Shown here piece after piece: positions 62,678 to 64,000 of a stretch of DNA of 64,000 bases (the stretch's first letter is position 1; each line of letters opens with the position of its first letter). The notes beneath the pieces are model-generated. The model made no database searches. It saw only the letters and a program-made list of their open reading frames with translations, and was not told where the DNA came from. The DNA is taken from NCBI GenBank assembly GCA_040437565.1, contig JBDOQK010000051.1:1-64000 (forward strand), in the 5' to 3' direction. Both the position numbers and the translations under genes were made by a program. Source of the stretch: Albugo candida. Lineage: Eukaryota.

Positions 62678-64000
62678 ATGACGACGTCAAATTCGATGGA
62701 AGTATCCGTTCCACCGCGTAACCATTCCACCGGTTCCCACATTTCCGACCCAATGAAATCTCGGGGCAACGTACTCGCACCTCTCGCACCGTATGATGAA
62801 ATATCATTGAACGAAATCATGGATCCAGATAACCCATTCTTATTGGATATAATTCCGTCGTCAGATTCCGACAAAGTATCCGACCGAAATACGCCCATTT
62901 TTGACGCTTTCTCCAGCTCGCCAAAAGATGAATTAGCACAAATTCAGCAGCTATATCACCCATCTGACTGCTCAGCTCCACAACTCTTGCGTTCCACCTC
63001 GACCTCTTCATTGTACGGTCCGAACTTCTCGCTCCAATCTTCCTCAATGGCACGATTTCGTGTTGCATCCCAGCATAAACACAAGCGCGTACGCTCGAGT
63101 TCCGATATGATTTACGCTTTTTTGGATTCGGATAGCATAAAAACAGAAAATGAATCGGAAAAAGTGTGTTATTCGATCTCCGACAGGAATTTGGCCTCTC
63201 CGTCTGACGAGATCTCTGACGCCGTAATGCATTCTATTCAAACCAGTTTCCAGCTTGGGGGTAGCGACGGCGTCATCGCACCATTACCCGTTGCTATTCA
63301 GCCGGTCCGAGTGACGTCACCGGTCGGATTACAAATATCATCAAGTATCGCTTATGACGAGAAAAAACACGAAATTAGCACTTCTGTAAATAATGAAAAT
63401 GATGTGGATACATTTGCAAAATTGGATACTTACCTGGGTGAGTTTTGTTGGACTGATGTTCATGGGAAGCAGCTGGAGCAAGCAAATGTTTCCAATCACG
63501 GGAACAGTATGTCAGCGGTGCATACTCTTGCGTTCGACGATACAAATGACACGGATTTGCTCATCAAAAGCAGTCAGGTCAAAGGAGGGAAGAGAAAGCG
63601 ACTTCCAACACATACGCGTCGACATTCGAATCCTTCCGGTTTGCTACAAACTGTCGCAGAACTCCATACACAGAAAATCGATACCAGCTCGAATATCACG
63701 TCGGAATTTCCACCAATCCTCTCAGATGTCAGCAATACTGAGCCATCTCATTCGTTCTTTTCGAAAGCAAGTACCCAATCTCCATTCACAAATGCAAACA
63801 GTCATGTGATTGGTTCAAATTCCCGAAATGAATCCTTTCATACGCGTCAATCTTCACTTCCCTCCAGCGCGTTACTGCAAAGTAAATTGAAAAATGCGAG
63901 AGTACAGCCGGGGTTGCCGACACTACCACTACCAGCTCGTGTTCGACGAGCATCGCATCGGTCTACTGGACTTTCTATGGACCTTTCCGACATGAATTTG
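62678..64000 (+). CDS. Ser-rich hypothetical protein, 5' part (runs off window edge)
   Basis: Manual translation from ATG 62678 (MTTSNSMEVSVPPRNHSTG...KRKRLPTHTRRHSNPSG...SMDLSDMNL) is open for 441 codons to the end of the window. Not in the ORF track. Confidence 0.8.
   Translation, partial: MTTSNSMEVSVPPRNHSTGSHISDPMKSRGNVLAPLAPYDEISLNEIMDPDNPFLLDIIPSSDSDKVSDRNTPIFDAFSSSPKDELAQIQQLYHPSDCSAPQLLRSTSTSSLYGPNFSLQSSSMARFRVASQHKHKRVRSSSDMIYAFLDSDSIKTENESEKVCYSISDRNLASPSDEISDAVMHSIQTSFQLGGSDGVIAPLPVAIQPVRVTSPVGLQISSSIAYDEKKHEISTSVNNENDVDTFAKLDTYLGEFCWTDVHGKQLEQANVSNHGNSMSAVHTLAFDDTNDTDLLIKSSQVKGGKRKRLPTHTRRHSNPSGLLQTVAELHTQKIDTSSNITSEFPPILSDVSNTEPSHSFFSKASTQSPFTNANSHVIGSNSRNESFHTRQSSLPSSALLQSKLKNARVQPGLPTLPLPARVRRASHRSTGLSMDLSDMNL

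Noticed and set aside
1-64000. CRISPR arrays, rRNA, tRNA or prokaryotic operon/defence systems
   Set aside because: None seen. The sequence is eukaryotic with spliceosomal introns, so GTG/TTG starts in the ORF track are not meaningful. A tRNA could be missed by eye.

Overview
Eukaryotic (oomycete) DNA, most likely Albugo (white rust): it has ~50-nt GT-AG introns, a Crinkler gene with an LYLAK motif and CHxC/CCG-class secreted effector genes. Two compact gene blocks flank a ~43-kb gene-poor, transposon-rich block. The left block (~2-14.7 kb) holds a coiled-coil protein, an alpha-kinase, TMEM144, a SWR1-type Snf2 ATPase and ICMT. The right block (~58.7-64 kb) holds a thaumatin-like membrane protein, SDHAF2, a DUF4807-like protein and a partial Ser-rich ORF. 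The middle holds three paralogous CCG effector genes (two intact, one pseudogene), possible older effector relics, two decayed MULEs, a Tc1/IS630-like element with one MULE nested in it, a LINE and three Copia remnants. Main observations: (1) the SWR1 ATPase reads in frame into a WW + F-box + parallel beta-helix module; (2) a MULE inserted in the last codons of a CCG effector and supplies its new C-terminus and stop; (3) the CCG proteins appear to consist of five tandem CxxC modules; (4) the CRN gene, missed by the ORF track, has two MITEs upstream, one carrying the same 15-bp CCAAT element as the CCG promoters. Three of the five N-gaps are false duplications. All calls come from reading the sequence by eye; no searches were run.
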